Counted from the first letter of the stretch, positions 45,799-55,663 are shown. The stretch: DNA of 64,000 bases from an uncultured delta proteobacterium (GCA_963716895.1 CAVQUJ010000010.1:1868942-1932941); one strand, 5' to 3'. Notes: generated by a model not told the origin, from the letters alone. Made by a program: numbers and translations.

Positions 45799-46453
45799 GT
45801 GTCGGCGAGGCTCCCGCTCTTCCCGCTCGAGAACGTGGTGCTGCTGCCGGAAGGCACCGTGCCCCTCCACATCTTCGAGCCGCGCTACCGCCAGATGATG
45901 GAGGACGCGCTCGCGGGCGATCGCCGGATCGGCATGGTCGCGGTGCGGCCCGAGCGTGCGGGCGAGATGGCGGGAGACCCGCCGACTGTTCGAGGTCGGC
46001 TGCGCCGGCTTCGTCGCCGAGCACCAACGCCTCGCCGACGGCCGCTTCCACCTGCTGCTGCGGGCGACCCATCGCTTCCGGATCGTCCGCGAGGTGCCGC
46101 GCGACGGGAGCCGGCTCTACCGCATCGCGGAGGTCGATCCGCTCGAAGAGCCGCTCGGCGATCGCGCATCGGCGCTGCGTGCGCGCGACCGCGTGATCGA
46201 GCTGCTCGCGCAGCTCGCCGAGCGGATGCTCGGCACGGAGCAGAGCCTCGACGTCGCGCAGCTCCGCGCGCTCGAGCTGGCGCAGTTCGCGAGCGGTGTG
46301 ACGCAGGCCGTGGCGCTGCCGACGCGCGAGAAACAGGCGCTGCTCGAGGCGCCCACGCTGGCCGCGCGACTCGAGCAGCTCGCCGGGGCGCTCGATTTTC
46401 ACCTCGCGCTGCTCGAGCGTGCGCCGGCCGCTGGCCCGGAAACGGTCCACTGA
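45799..46453 (+). CDS. Lon N-terminal (LON substrate-binding, PUA-like) domain-only protein; one frameshift near 45990
   Basis: LPLFPLENVVLLPEGTVPLHIFEPRYRQMMEDALAGDRRIGMVAV then (shifted) RLFEVGCAGFVAEHQRLADGRFHLLLRATHRFRIV. Confidence 0.65.
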
Positions 46454-46499
46454 GGCCCGCCACGGCCTCTGCCTCGCAAGCTCGGGATCGATCGATCGT

Positions 46500-46550
46500 C
46501 ATCGGAAATTCTCGAAATTCGACGAAAATCGAAGATCTCATTTCCTAGTG
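46500..46550. promoter_or_regulatory. AT-rich direct-repeat patch upstream of dnaA (candidate DUE / dnaA promoter region)
   Basis: atcgGAAATTCtcGAAATTCgacGAAAATCgaaGATCtcatttcc is about 35% GC in a 72% GC background; four GAAAtTC-like repeats and three GATC sites within 60 bp. Confidence 0.3.
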
Positions 46551-46845
46551 GACTGCTGGGGTGACACCTCCGCGCACCGCGCGAGACGGTCTCAAGGGTG
46601 GCCGCGAACCCCTCGGAACGGCGGCGACTTCTCGACTCTAGAACGCTGCTCTCCGACGCAGTTCCGAGCGGTTTCGGGTGAACCGGTGCGGTGTAGAGGC
46701 GCGGCGCCGTTCGGCCGCCCTGCGGTTTGCGGGGGGTGTCGCCGAGTGCTCTAATCCGCGCGCTCCGGGGGGTGCCGAGCTGCGGAAACGCGCTCAATTC
46801 CCTCGGATTTTGTCCTGAAATCACCCGATCAGCGGCAGAAGCTGA

Positions 46846-48357
46846 ATGACCTCACCCCCCACCGTCTGGGACGGCGTCTTACGCCGGCTCGGCACCGAGA
46901 CCTCCGCAGTCAGCCTCGAAGCCTGGATCCATCCGCTCACCGTGCGGGAGGCTCCGGATCGCCTCGTGCTACTGGCCCCGAGCGCGTTCCACCGCGAACG
47001 CATCCGGAGCCACTTCGCCGCGCGCATCGGCAGCCTGGCTAGCGAGGTCGGCGGCCGGCCGATCGAGGTCGCGATCGAGCTCGCGCCGGAATGTGACTCG
47101 GCGTCGCCCGCCCGGGTGCGCTGCGAGGCGGCGGCTGCACCCGTGCCGAGCGCGGCCATCGTCTCCGAGCGCCCCGTCGCGCAGCTCGCCCTGCCCTGCA
47201 CGTTCGACACCTTCGTCACCGGCCCGTCGAACGCACTCGCGCGCGAGGCGTCGCTCGCCGTGGCGCAGGGACGCCAGCCCGCGCTGTTCCCGCTCTTCCT
47301 CGTCGGCGACTCCGGCATCGGGAAGTCGCACCTCGCGCGCGCCGTGGTGGCCGAGGCGCGGCGCTGCGCGGGCGTGCGGGCCGTCTACGCCTCGGCCGAG
47401 CGCTTCACCACCGAGTTCACCTCGGCGATCCGCGCCCGGCACGGGGGCGAGTTCCGGCGGCGCTACCGGCAGGAGTGCGACCTGCTCGTGATCGACGACG
47501 TGCAGTTCCTCTCCGGCAAGGAGGCCACCCAGCTCGAGCTGCTCCACATCGTCGAGCACCTGCGCCTGGTGGGCGCGCGCGTGGTGATGACGGGGGATCG
47601 CCTGCCGCGGCGGATCCCGTCGCTCTCGCCCCGGCTCGCCTCCCAGATGGCGGGCGGGCTCGTAGCCGAGATGGAGCTGCCGGATCGCGCGCTCCGCCGC
47701 GTGATCCTGCGCGACAAGGCCTCGCGGGGCGGCATCGCGCTGCCGCCCGACTGCCTCGAGCTGCTCGTCGACAGCGTGCGCGGCAGCGTGCGCGACCTCG
47801 AGGGCGCGCTGACCCAGCTCGTGGCGAGCGCGTCGCTGCTCGGCCGCCGGATCGACCGCGAGCTGACCGAGATGGCGCTGCGGAAGCTCGGCGAGCCGGC
47901 GCGGGAGCCGCAGAGCCTCGAGGCCGTGCTCGCCTGCGTCGGCGGCTTCTTCGGCGTGAGCCGGACGCAGCTCGCCTCGCGCTCCCGCGCGAGGCAGCTG
48001 CAGCAGCCGCGGCAGCTCGCGATGTACCTGTGCCGCCGCTACACGGACGCGAGCCTGTCCGAGATCGGCCGCGTCTTCGAGCGCAACCACCCGTCCGTCG
48101 CCAACGCCATCGTGCGCATCGAGCGTGCGATCCTCGAGCGCGCGCTGCTGCGCTACCAGGTCGAGGAGCTCGCGGCGCGGCTCGAGGGCCGCGGCCACGA
48201 GCGGGCTAGGCCGAGGGGGCCGGCGGCGGAGCGTGCAGGCGCGCCCGACCCTGCTCGCCCGCGGAAGCGACGCGGGCCGCTGAGCTCGCGCTGGAGCGCC
48301 GGCTCCAGGGACGGCGGGTCGAGCGCCGGGTCGTCGAAGCGCCGGAGGACGCCGTAG
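46846..48357 (+). CDS. dnaA: Chromosomal replication initiator DnaA (C-terminal about 50 aa beyond the conserved end are low-complexity; true stop may lie near 48200)
   Basis: N-terminal WDGVLRRLGTETSAVSLEAWIHPL, AAA+ Walker A LFLVGDSGIGKSHLARAV, Walker B LLVIDDVQFL, sensor/box VII VVMTGDRLP, C-terminal DNA-binding LAMYLCRRYTDASLSEIGRVFERNHPSVANAIVRIE. Confidence 0.85.
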   Translation: MTSPPTVWDGVLRRLGTETSAVSLEAWIHPLTVREAPDRLVLLAPSAFHRERIRSHFAARIGSLASEVGGRPIEVAIELAPECDSASPARVRCEAAAAPVPSAAIVSERPVAQLALPCTFDTFVTGPSNALAREASLAVAQGRQPALFPLFLVGDSGIGKSHLARAVVAEARRCAGVRAVYASAERFTTEFTSAIRARHGGEFRRRYRQECDLLVIDDVQFLSGKEATQLELLHIVEHLRLVGARVVMTGDRLPRRIPSLSPRLASQMAGGLVAEMELPDRALRRVILRDKASRGGIALPPDCLELLVDSVRGSVRDLEGALTQLVASASLLGRRIDRELTEMALRKLGEPAREPQSLEAVLACVGGFFGVSRTQLASRSRARQLQQPRQLAMYLCRRYTDASLSEIGRVFERNHPSVANAIVRIERAILERALLRYQVEELAARLEGRGHERARPRGPAAERAGAPDPARPRKRRGPLSSRWSAGSRDGGSSAGSSKRRRTP

Positions 48358-49458
48358 CTGGTGCTGCGCTCGATCGGCACGCGGCCCATCTCGCGGATCA
48401 GCCGGCGCATCGTCTCGGGCGGCAGGTTCTCGCCGTGGTCCGCCCCGGATTCGCGGCTGATCGACTCCTCCATCAGCGTGCCGCCGAAGTCGTTCGCTCC
48501 CGCCGTCAGGGCGAGCTGCGCCAGCTTCTGGCCCATCTTCACCCACGACATCTGCACGTTCCGGATCCAGGGGCGCAGGAACAGGCGCGCCACCGCGATC
48601 AGCCGCAGGTCGTCGGCCGCCGACGGACCCGGCCGCGAGAAGCCGATGTTGCCGAGCACGTTCTTCTCGTGGATGAAGCCGAGCGGCACGAACTCCGTGA
48701 AGCCGCCGGTCTCCTTCTGGAGACTGCGCAGCAGGTCCATGTGACCGGCCACGTGCTCGGCCTTCTCGATGTGGCCGTACATGATGGTGGCGCTCGAGCG
48801 CAGCCCGACGCTGTGCGCCGCGCTCACGATCTCGACCCAGCGCGCCGTCATCAGCTTCCGGGGCGAGAGGACGTCGCGCACGCTGTCGTCGAGAATCTCG
48901 GCCGCCGTGCCGGGGATCGTGCCGAGCCCGGCGTCCTTGAGCCAGAGCAGGTACTCGCGCAGCGGCATCCCGCTCTTCTTCTGGCCGAAGTCGATCTCCT
49001 CCGGCGAGTAGGCGTGGATGTGCAGGTCGGGGAACTCGGCCTTGATGCTCTCGAGGATCAGGTGGTAGTGCAGGTGATCCTTCTTCGGGTCGATGCCGCC
49101 CTGGATGCACACCTCGCTCGCGCCGCGCGCCACCGCGTCGCGGCACTTCTCGAGGATCTCCTCCATCGTGCGGTCGTACGCGTCGTGGTCGTCTGCGTGT
49201 CGCGAGAAGCCGCAGAAGCTGCAGCCGACGTAGCAGACGTTCGTGAAGTTGATGTTGCGGTTGATCACGAAGGACACGTCGTCGCCGTTGTCGTCGCGGC
49301 GCGCGACGTCGGCCGCCCGCACCAGCGCATGGAGGTCGGGCCCGTCCGCCGAGAGCAGCCGCACGGCGTCGGCTCGGGAGAGCTCCCGCCCGGAGAGCGC
49401 GCCGTCGAGCAGGCGCGCCACCTCGGGCGTCACGTCGGCGAGCAGTCGTTCGAGCATC
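48153..49458 (-). CDS. cofH: Radical-SAM FO synthase subunit 2 CofH-like (CofH/MqnC/MqnE family), intact; 3' region overlaps the dnaA ORF convergently
   Basis: VINRNINFTNVCYVGCSFCGFSR (CX3CX2C), GGIDPKKDHLHY, GTAAEILDD, ATIMYGHIEKAEH; start ATG overlaps the cofG stop (TGATG). Confidence 0.6.
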
Positions 49459-50695
49459 AGGCAGCCTCCAAGCTCGCGCGGGCGCGCGCGAAGCCATCCT
49501 CGTCGGAGAAGCCGAGCGCGACGGCGCGCAGCTCGGGCGCGAAGAACTCGGCGCGCGCCAGGTGCTTCGGGTAGACCGGCAGGCGCTCGACGAGGCGCTG
49601 CCCCGCCGCCTCGGTGCGCTCGCGCAGGGCGCGCAGCGTCGGCCACGGCGCCTCGGGGTTGATGAAGTCCACCGTCACCGGCGAGACACCGCCCCAGTCG
49701 CTCGTCCCGGCGCGCAGCAGCAGCTCGAGCAGGCCAGGCGCGAGATTCGGCGGCGCCTGCACGTCGATCTCGCGGCCGAGCGCGAGGCGCGCGAGCGCAA
49801 CCCAGCCGGCAATCTCGCGATCGGCGATCGGCGACGCCCAACGCATCGGCGTCCCCGGCTTCGGGTGGAAGGGCTGGATGATCGCTTCCTGGATGTGGCC
49901 GTACTTGTCGTGGAGCGCACGGATTGCGAGCAGCGTGTCGACGCGCTCCGCGCCCGTTTCGCCGATGCCGAGGAGCATGCCCGTGGTGAACGGGATGCGG
50001 AGCTCGCCCGCTTCCTCGTGCATGCGCAGGCGCACCGCGGGATCCTTGTCGGGCGCGTACTGGTGCGCCATGCCCTTGCCGCGCAGACGCGGGCTCGTGG
50101 ACTCGAGCATCAGGCCCATCGACGCGTTCCAGCGCTTGAGCGCCGCCATCTCGGCCTGCGTCAGGATGCCGGCGTTCGTGTGCGGCAACATCCCGCCCTC
50201 GACGGCGACGCGGCACCCCTCCACGAGATACTCGGCGGTGCTGCGGAAGCCCTCGCCGGCGAGCCACTCGCGGTAGGCGCGATACGCGATCTCCGGCTTG
50301 TCGCCGAGGCAGAACAGCGCCTCGATGCAGCCCGTCGCGACGCCGCCGCGCACCACTCCCGCGACCTCGTCGAGCGTGTAGGTGTGGGCTTCCGGGGAGT
50401 CCGGCGTCTTCGCGAAGGTGCAGTATGCGCAGCGGTCGCGACACAGATTGGTGAGTGGAATGAAGACATTGCGGGAGACGGTGACGCGGTCGCCGCGCGC
50501 GAGGCGCTTGCTCTCGGAGGCGCCCGCGAGCAGCGGCTCGAACACGGCGTCGTCGGCGAAGCGCTCCGCCAACCACTCGGCGTCGGGGCCGGCGATGCGT
50601 TCGCTTTCGACGGCGCCACGGACGATGCGCTCGGCTTCCTGGGAGGCGAGAGTCACGTTCGGCATGCTAGCGCCGGGCCCCTCCGCCGCGCTCAA
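49458..50695 (-). CDS. cofG: Radical-SAM FO synthase subunit 1 CofG-like, intact
   Basis: NVFIPLTNLCRDRCAYCTF (CX3CX2C with YCTF as in FbiC N-terminal half/CofG), GILTQAEMAALKRWNASMGLMLESTS; start overlaps the upstream reductase stop. Confidence 0.6.
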
Positions 50696-52428
50696 GTCCC
50701 GTCTTCGACGCCCGCCCAGCGGCGGAGCTCGGCCGGATCCGCGCGGTGCAGGAAGTCGCCCGCGGGAAGCCGCTCGGCGTTTCGCTCACGAATCGCGCGG
50801 AACACGCCGACCAGCGCCGGCACCATCTTCTCCTCGGAGATCCGCGAGTAGAGCACGTGCGCGAGTCGATCGCCGTTGCGGGAGCCGCCCACCAACACCA
50901 CGTGGTCGTTCTTGCCGTAGCCGTAGATGCCGATCTCGGAGGACGGCGGCCGCACGCAGTTGTTCGGGCAGCCGGTCATGCGGATCACGACGTCCACGTC
51001 GCCGAGGCCCGCCTGCTCGACCGCTGCCACGTAGTGGGGCAACACGTTCTCGGCGTCGGTCATGGCGAGGCCGCAGGTGGGCTTGGCGGGGCACGCCATC
51101 GCGTTGGCGCGAACCCGCGACACCTGCTCCGCGCGCGCCACGCCGTGCGCGTCGAGAATCGCCTCGAGCGCCGCGCGGTCGCGCACGTCGCAGAGGATCA
51201 GATCCTGCTGCGGCGTGAGCACGACGGAGAGCCCGAGCTTCGTGACGGCCTCGCGCACCGCGCCGCGCTGCGCGCCCTTGAGACGGCCGTTCTCGACCGA
51301 GAGGCCGTAGTAGGAACCGCCCCCGCGCTGCTCGTGCCAGCCGAGGTGGAGCTGCATCGGCGGCAGCGTCACGGGCTCGGCGTCCGCGAGCGCGATGCCG
51401 TACTGGCCGCGCAGCGCCGCGCGCACCGCCGCGACCCCGAGCCGGCGCAGCGTGTACTTCCAGCGCGCCTGCTTGCGCTCGCCGCGCTCGCCGTGCTCCT
51501 TCTGGAGCAGCACGATCGCGCGCGTCACGGCGACGACCTGCGCCCGCGCGACGCGGCCGATGTACTCCGCGAGGAGGGCCGCCGTCTTCGGGTTGTTGTG
51601 CGTGAGCCCGAGCCCGCCGCCCGTCCACACGTCCCAGTGGCGGCCCTCGGCGTCCGCCGGGACGAGCCCGATGTCGTTCGTGCGCACGTCCACCGAGTTG
51701 TCGGTGGGATGGGCGATCCCGATCTTGAACTTCCGCGGCAGGTACTGCTCGCCGTAGAGCGGCTCGCTCGGATTCACCGGCGCGAGGCTGCGGCCGTCGC
51801 CATCGGAGAGGAAGACCTCGAAGTAGGCGCTGGTGCGCGGCGCGAGCTCGTCGGCGATCTCGTGCGCGAGCCCGAGGCCGCCCGTGGCGTGCGCCGGGTC
51901 GAGGCCGTCGATCGGTGAGCACATCACGTTGCGGTTGACGTCGCCGCACGCGCCGAGCGTCGCCGAGGTGCGGTAGCCGCGATTCAGGTGCCGGATCAGG
52001 TGCGCGAGCTTCGGGCCGGTGACGTAGTGGTACTGGACGCCCTGGCGCGAGGTGATGCGCAGCGTGCCGTCCGCGAACTGGTCGGCGGCCGAATCGAGCG
52101 CGAGCCACTGCCCGGTCGAGAGCCGCCCCCCGCCCGGGTTCTTGATGCGCACCATGAAGATGTATTCGTGGGTCTTCTTGCCGCGCTCTCCCCGCACCTG
52201 CTGCTTGTAGATGCCGTAGAACTTCGAGAGCTCCTTGGCGGTGTTCGTGAGGGTCTTGGCCTCGCCGCGCTCGAGCTCCTCGATCTCGTCGCGAAAGCTC
52301 TTCCCCTTGCCGTCCGCGACGAAGTAGAGCCCCTTGCTCTCGCGCTTGATGCGCTCGTTCCCCGACATCTCCTCGAGCTGCGAAGTCGCGAGGGTGACCG
52401 GGGCGTCGGGGGAGCGGTCGGCGGACAT
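50692..52428 (-). CDS. Ferredoxin-dependent sulfite/nitrite reductase hemoprotein (siroheme-[4Fe-4S], NirA/Sir family), intact
   Basis: RIKNPGGGRLSTGQWLALDSAADQFADGTLRITSRQGVQYHYV, two NIR_SIR repeats, cluster-binding Cys MACPAKPTCGLA...MTGCPNNCVRP. Confidence 0.75.
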   Translation of the reverse strand: MSADRSPDAPVTLATSQLEEMSGNERIKRESKGLYFVADGKGKSFRDEIEELERGEAKTLTNTAKELSKFYGIYKQQVRGERGKKTHEYIFMVRIKNPGGGRLSTGQWLALDSAADQFADGTLRITSRQGVQYHYVTGPKLAHLIRHLNRGYRTSATLGACGDVNRNVMCSPIDGLDPAHATGGLGLAHEIADELAPRTSAYFEVFLSDGDGRSLAPVNPSEPLYGEQYLPRKFKIGIAHPTDNSVDVRTNDIGLVPADAEGRHWDVWTGGGLGLTHNNPKTAALLAEYIGRVARAQVVAVTRAIVLLQKEHGERGERKQARWKYTLRRLGVAAVRAALRGQYGIALADAEPVTLPPMQLHLGWHEQRGGGSYYGLSVENGRLKGAQRGAVREAVTKLGLSVVLTPQQDLILCDVRDRAALEAILDAHGVARAEQVSRVRANAMACPAKPTCGLAMTDAENVLPHYVAAVEQAGLGDVDVVIRMTGCPNNCVRPPSSEIGIYGYGKNDHVVLVGGSRNGDRLAHVLYSRISEEKMVPALVGVFRAIRERNAERLPAGDFLHRADPAELRRWAGVEDGT

Positions 52429-52618
52429 GAGGCTCCGGCGGGGAGGTGGGCGCATGCCTGCCCGGGAACGGCGCAGGCTATCGGATGCACTTCCGAGGGC
52501 CAACTCGGCGGCCCAAGAGGGGCCAGCTCACACTTTCTGGCACCCCCGGGGGACTCGGCCACCATTCTGGGGGTACACACCCACAGCGGGATTGTGTCCC
52601 CGGAGGCTAGGAAGCACC

Positions 52619-53602
52619 GTGCAGTCGCTGGATCGAAATACCAAGCGGAGCCCGCGGCGCCGCCGCTGGCTGCTGCGTGGGCTCGCCGCACGTCTCGGGC
52701 TCTGCTCGCTCGTGGCCTCGGTCGCCGTCTCGACGGCGCTCACGCTGCTCGCACTGCGAAGCCTGCCGAGCTCGCTGGCCGAGGCGGGTGCCGACTCCGC
52801 CGGCCTCTCGCGCTGGGCGTGGACCACCAACCTCGTGATCGTGCTCGCCACCACGGCGGTCACGTACGCGCTGGCGGTCTGGCACCTGCGCCCGCTGCTG
52901 GGCCTCGCAGAAGGCGCGCGCCGGCTGGCGAGCGGCGAGGCCGGCGTCCGCGTCGACCCGCACGCCGCGGTGAGCGAGCTGCGCGCGCTCTCCGAGTCCT
53001 TCAATCACATGGCCCGGCGCCTCGACGAAACCCATCAGCAGCTCGAGCGCCGCAACCTGGAGCTGACGCGAGCGAACGAGGTGCTGGAGCTGCTCTCCGC
53101 GACCGACGGCCTCACGCACCTCCACAACCACCGCCACTTCCAGACGCAGTTCGCACGCGAGGCGAAGCGCGCCGAGCGGACGGGCGGGCCGCTCTGCCTC
53201 GTACTGGTGGACGTGGACGACTTCAAGCTGCTCAACGACCGGCTCGGCCACAGCGCCGGCGACCGCGTGCTCCAGGAGATCGCGCGGGCGATGCACGGGC
53301 AGATCCGCGAGACGGATTACATCGCGCGTTACGGCGGCGAGGAGTTCGTGCTGCTGCTGCCGCAGACGAGCATCGACGGCGGCGCAGCCCTCGCCGAGAA
53401 GGTGCGCGGCGCGGTCGAGGCGCTCGAGGCGCCGGTGATCGGGCCTACGGGCCGCGTGCAGGTGACGGTGTCGATCGGGCTCGCGCTCTACGCGAAGGGC
53501 CCCGAGGCCACCTTCGACGCCGCGGACCGCGCGCTCTACGAGGCCAAGGCGGCCGGCAAGAACCGCGTCGTGGTGCAGCGGGAGGCCGGCGCTCAGTCGT
53601 AG
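52619..53602 (+). CDS. Membrane-anchored HAMP-GGDEF diguanylate cyclase, intact
   Basis: Two TM segments, HAMP-like LRPLLGLAEGARRLASGEAGVRVD, GGDEF core DGLTHLHNHRHF...LVDVDDFKLLNDRLGHSAGDRVL...RYGGEEFVLLLP. Confidence 0.8.
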   Translation: MQSLDRNTKRSPRRRRWLLRGLAARLGLCSLVASVAVSTALTLLALRSLPSSLAEAGADSAGLSRWAWTTNLVIVLATTAVTYALAVWHLRPLLGLAEGARRLASGEAGVRVDPHAAVSELRALSESFNHMARRLDETHQQLERRNLELTRANEVLELLSATDGLTHLHNHRHFQTQFAREAKRAERTGGPLCLVLVDVDDFKLLNDRLGHSAGDRVLQEIARAMHGQIRETDYIARYGGEEFVLLLPQTSIDGGAALAEKVRGAVEALEAPVIGPTGRVQVTVSIGLALYAKGPEATFDAADRALYEAKAAGKNRVVVQREAGAQS

Positions 53603-54558
53603 TCGGGGGGCCTCGGCTCGCCGGGCGGCTGCGTCTTCCAGCGCTTGTGGATCCAGTTCCAGTGGTCGGGCGCGCGCCGGATCTCGTCTTCGATCGCCGC
53701 CGTCATGCGCCGGACGTTCTCGCGCAGCGCGGCCTCGGGGTCGCTGCCCGCGGGCACGATCTCGAGCGGCGGATACAGCCGGGCCACGTGATGGATCCCG
53801 TCGGGCTGGCGATGCAGGAAGACGGGGATCACCGCGGCGCCGGTGGCCATCGCGATGCGGGCCGGCCCGTCGCGGGTGCATGCGAGGCGTCCGAAGAAGG
53901 GCACGAAGACGCCCTCGTTGCGCGGGCAGTCGATGTCGTAGGCGATCGCGACGGCTCTGCCCTTCCGGATCGCCCGCAGCACCGGGAACGCGGCCGTGCC
54001 GCGCGGCAGGAACTCGCCGCCGCTCGCCTCCCGATAGCGCTGGATCACGACGTCGAGCAGCGCGCTGTCGCGCGCCCGGTGCACGGGCACGACCGGGAGG
54101 CCGTGGGCGACCGCGGCCGCCACCAGCAGCTCCCACGAACCGAAGTGCCCGGTGAGGGCGATCATGCCGTTCTTCGGCGACGCCCTGCGCGCGGCCTCGT
54201 AGTGCTCGAGCCCCTCGAAGCGCACCCGCTCGCGGAGCCCCTCCTTGCCGATGCGCGAGAGGCGGGCGAACTCGACGAAGCTGCGGCCGATGTTCGCGAG
54301 CGCGCGCTCCAGCACGGCCTCTCGCTCCGCCTCGCTCCAGCTCGGAAAGGCGATGCGCAGGTTCACGCGCCCGACCTGCGTCCGGGGCAGGCCGAGGCGC
54401 GCCCAGGCCCGGCCGAAGCCCGCCCCGAGCGCCATCGCGTACCTCTCCGGGATCCGCTCGAGCAGATCGAGAAGGCGCTCGGCGGCCGCGGCCTCGAAGC
54501 GCTCCCGGCGACTGCGCGACGGGGCCTCGGGCTCGGCCGGGGTCAGCCCGTGAGCCAC
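53593..54558 (-). CDS. lpxL: Lipid A biosynthesis lauroyl/myristoyl acyltransferase (LpxL/HtrB family), intact
   Basis: LTGHFGSWELL (H-x4-E acyltransferase motif), AIAYDIDCPRNEGVFVPFFGRLACTRDGPARIAMATGAAVIPVF. Confidence 0.75.
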   Translation of the reverse strand: MAHGLTPAEPEAPSRSRRERFEAAAAERLLDLLERIPERYAMALGAGFGRAWARLGLPRTQVGRVNLRIAFPSWSEAEREAVLERALANIGRSFVEFARLSRIGKEGLRERVRFEGLEHYEAARRASPKNGMIALTGHFGSWELLVAAAVAHGLPVVPVHRARDSALLDVVIQRYREASGGEFLPRGTAAFPVLRAIRKGRAVAIAYDIDCPRNEGVFVPFFGRLACTRDGPARIAMATGAAVIPVFLHRQPDGIHHVARLYPPLEIVPAGSDPEAALRENVRRMTAAIEDEIRRAPDHWNWIHKRWKTQPPGEPRPPDYD

Positions 54559-55112
54559 GCGTGCTCGAGTGCCTCGAGCTCCGCCCAGACTTCCTGGTCG
54601 ATGGCGCGATAGTGGTCGAGGGCCGTGTCGAAGCGTTCGGGCTCGCCCTGCGCCTCGGCGATCTCGCGGGCCTTCCTGCGGATCCAGTCGATGTGCCAGC
54701 CCTCGTCCTTGCTGACGGCGCGCAGCACCTCGAGGGTGCGCGCCGGCACGTCGCCGCGCTTCAGGTGCTCCTGGTAGCGCCGCAGCGCGCGCTGCTCGAC
54801 CACCACCGTGAGCGCGAGCAGATCCACCGGGTGGCGCGGCACGCCGGCGCGCCTGCCGATCCGCACCTGGTAGCCGTCGTCGATCGGGACCGGCGTCGCG
54901 CCGAGCTCCTTGATGCGCTCCGTCCAGAGCCAGGAGTGCCGGGTCTCGTCGGCCAGGTGCTCCGAGAGCGCCAGCTGCGACTCCCCATCCTTCAGGACGC
55001 GCATCAGCCGGTACAGCAGGTTCGAACCTCGCAGCTCGGCGTCCCGGTAGTACGAGTAGGTCAGGACCTCGAGGCTCGTGCGATCCGACGGGCCGTAGGG
55101 GGCTGCGGACAT
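54543..55112 (-). CDS. Ferritin-like (diiron) domain protein, intact
   Basis: Two E-x-x-H motifs (SEHLADETRHSW and SKDEGWHIDWI) about 100 aa apart in a 190-aa helical protein. Confidence 0.5.
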   Translation of the reverse strand: MSAAPYGPSDRTSLEVLTYSYYRDAELRGSNLLYRLMRVLKDGESQLALSEHLADETRHSWLWTERIKELGATPVPIDDGYQVRIGRRAGVPRHPVDLLALTVVVEQRALRRYQEHLKRGDVPARTLEVLRAVSKDEGWHIDWIRRKAREIAEAQGEPERFDTALDHYRAIDQEVWAELEALEHAWLTG

Positions 55113-55159
55113 CGTGGACTCCTCCGGGGAGCCGACCATAGCCCCGCCCCTCCGGGCCG

Positions 55160-55525
55160 TCAGCGCCCCTCGCGCTCCCGGCGGATCCGGATGCCCGCGT
55201 GCTCGAGCACGCCCGCGATCGGCTTCGGCTTCCGCACCGTGACCGTGACCGCGTCCGCGTCGAACTTGCCGAGGATGGCCTCCGCGATGCGCTGGCCGAG
55301 CGCCTCGACCAGCTTGTGCTCCTGGTTCGCCGCCACGTCCTCCACCACCTCGTAGATGCGCTTGTAGTGGATGGTCTGGCCGATGCGGTCGCTGCGGCCG
55401 GCTGCCCGGAGGTCGCACTCCACGTCGACGTCGAGCAGCACCGGGCGGCGACTGCGACGCTCGGCGACGGTGACGCCGAGCGCGGCGAGAATCTGGATTC
55501 CTTCGAGGAGGATGACGTCGGTCAC
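55160..55525 (-). CDS. folB: Dihydroneopterin aldolase FolB, intact (GTG start)
   Basis: VTDVILLEGIQILAALGVTVAERRSRRPVLLDVDVECDL...TIHYKRIYEVVEDVAANQEHKLVEALGQRIAEAILGKFDADAVTVTVRKPKP. Confidence 0.7.
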   Translation of the reverse strand: MTDVILLEGIQILAALGVTVAERRSRRPVLLDVDVECDLRAAGRSDRIGQTIHYKRIYEVVEDVAANQEHKLVEALGQRIAEAILGKFDADAVTVTVRKPKPIAGVLEHAGIRIRREREGR

Positions 55526-55663
55526 ACGGCCGAAGGTAACGCGCAGCCGTTGTACGGCGCGAGCGGCGTGGCTTGACGGCGCGAGCCGGAGCCTCGACTC
55601 TCCGAAACTCCGCAAGCGGCGGAGCCGTGCGCAGCGCAGCCGCAGGCCCGATGAAGGAAAGAG

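Noticed and set aside
46454-46845. Confident oriC call with DnaA boxes
   Set aside because: Only weak 6/9 matches to TTATCCACA-type boxes were visible by eye. The AT-rich repeat patch is reported as a candidate only.
48240-50695. Alternative assignment of the two radical-SAM genes as MqnC/MqnE (futalosine menaquinone pathway)
   Set aside because: The YCTF-type CX3CX2C context of the first protein matches CofG/FbiC N-half rather than the CofH/Mqn group. Adjacent cofG+cofH pairing is the norm for FO synthase. This is kept as a caveat because the families are homologous.
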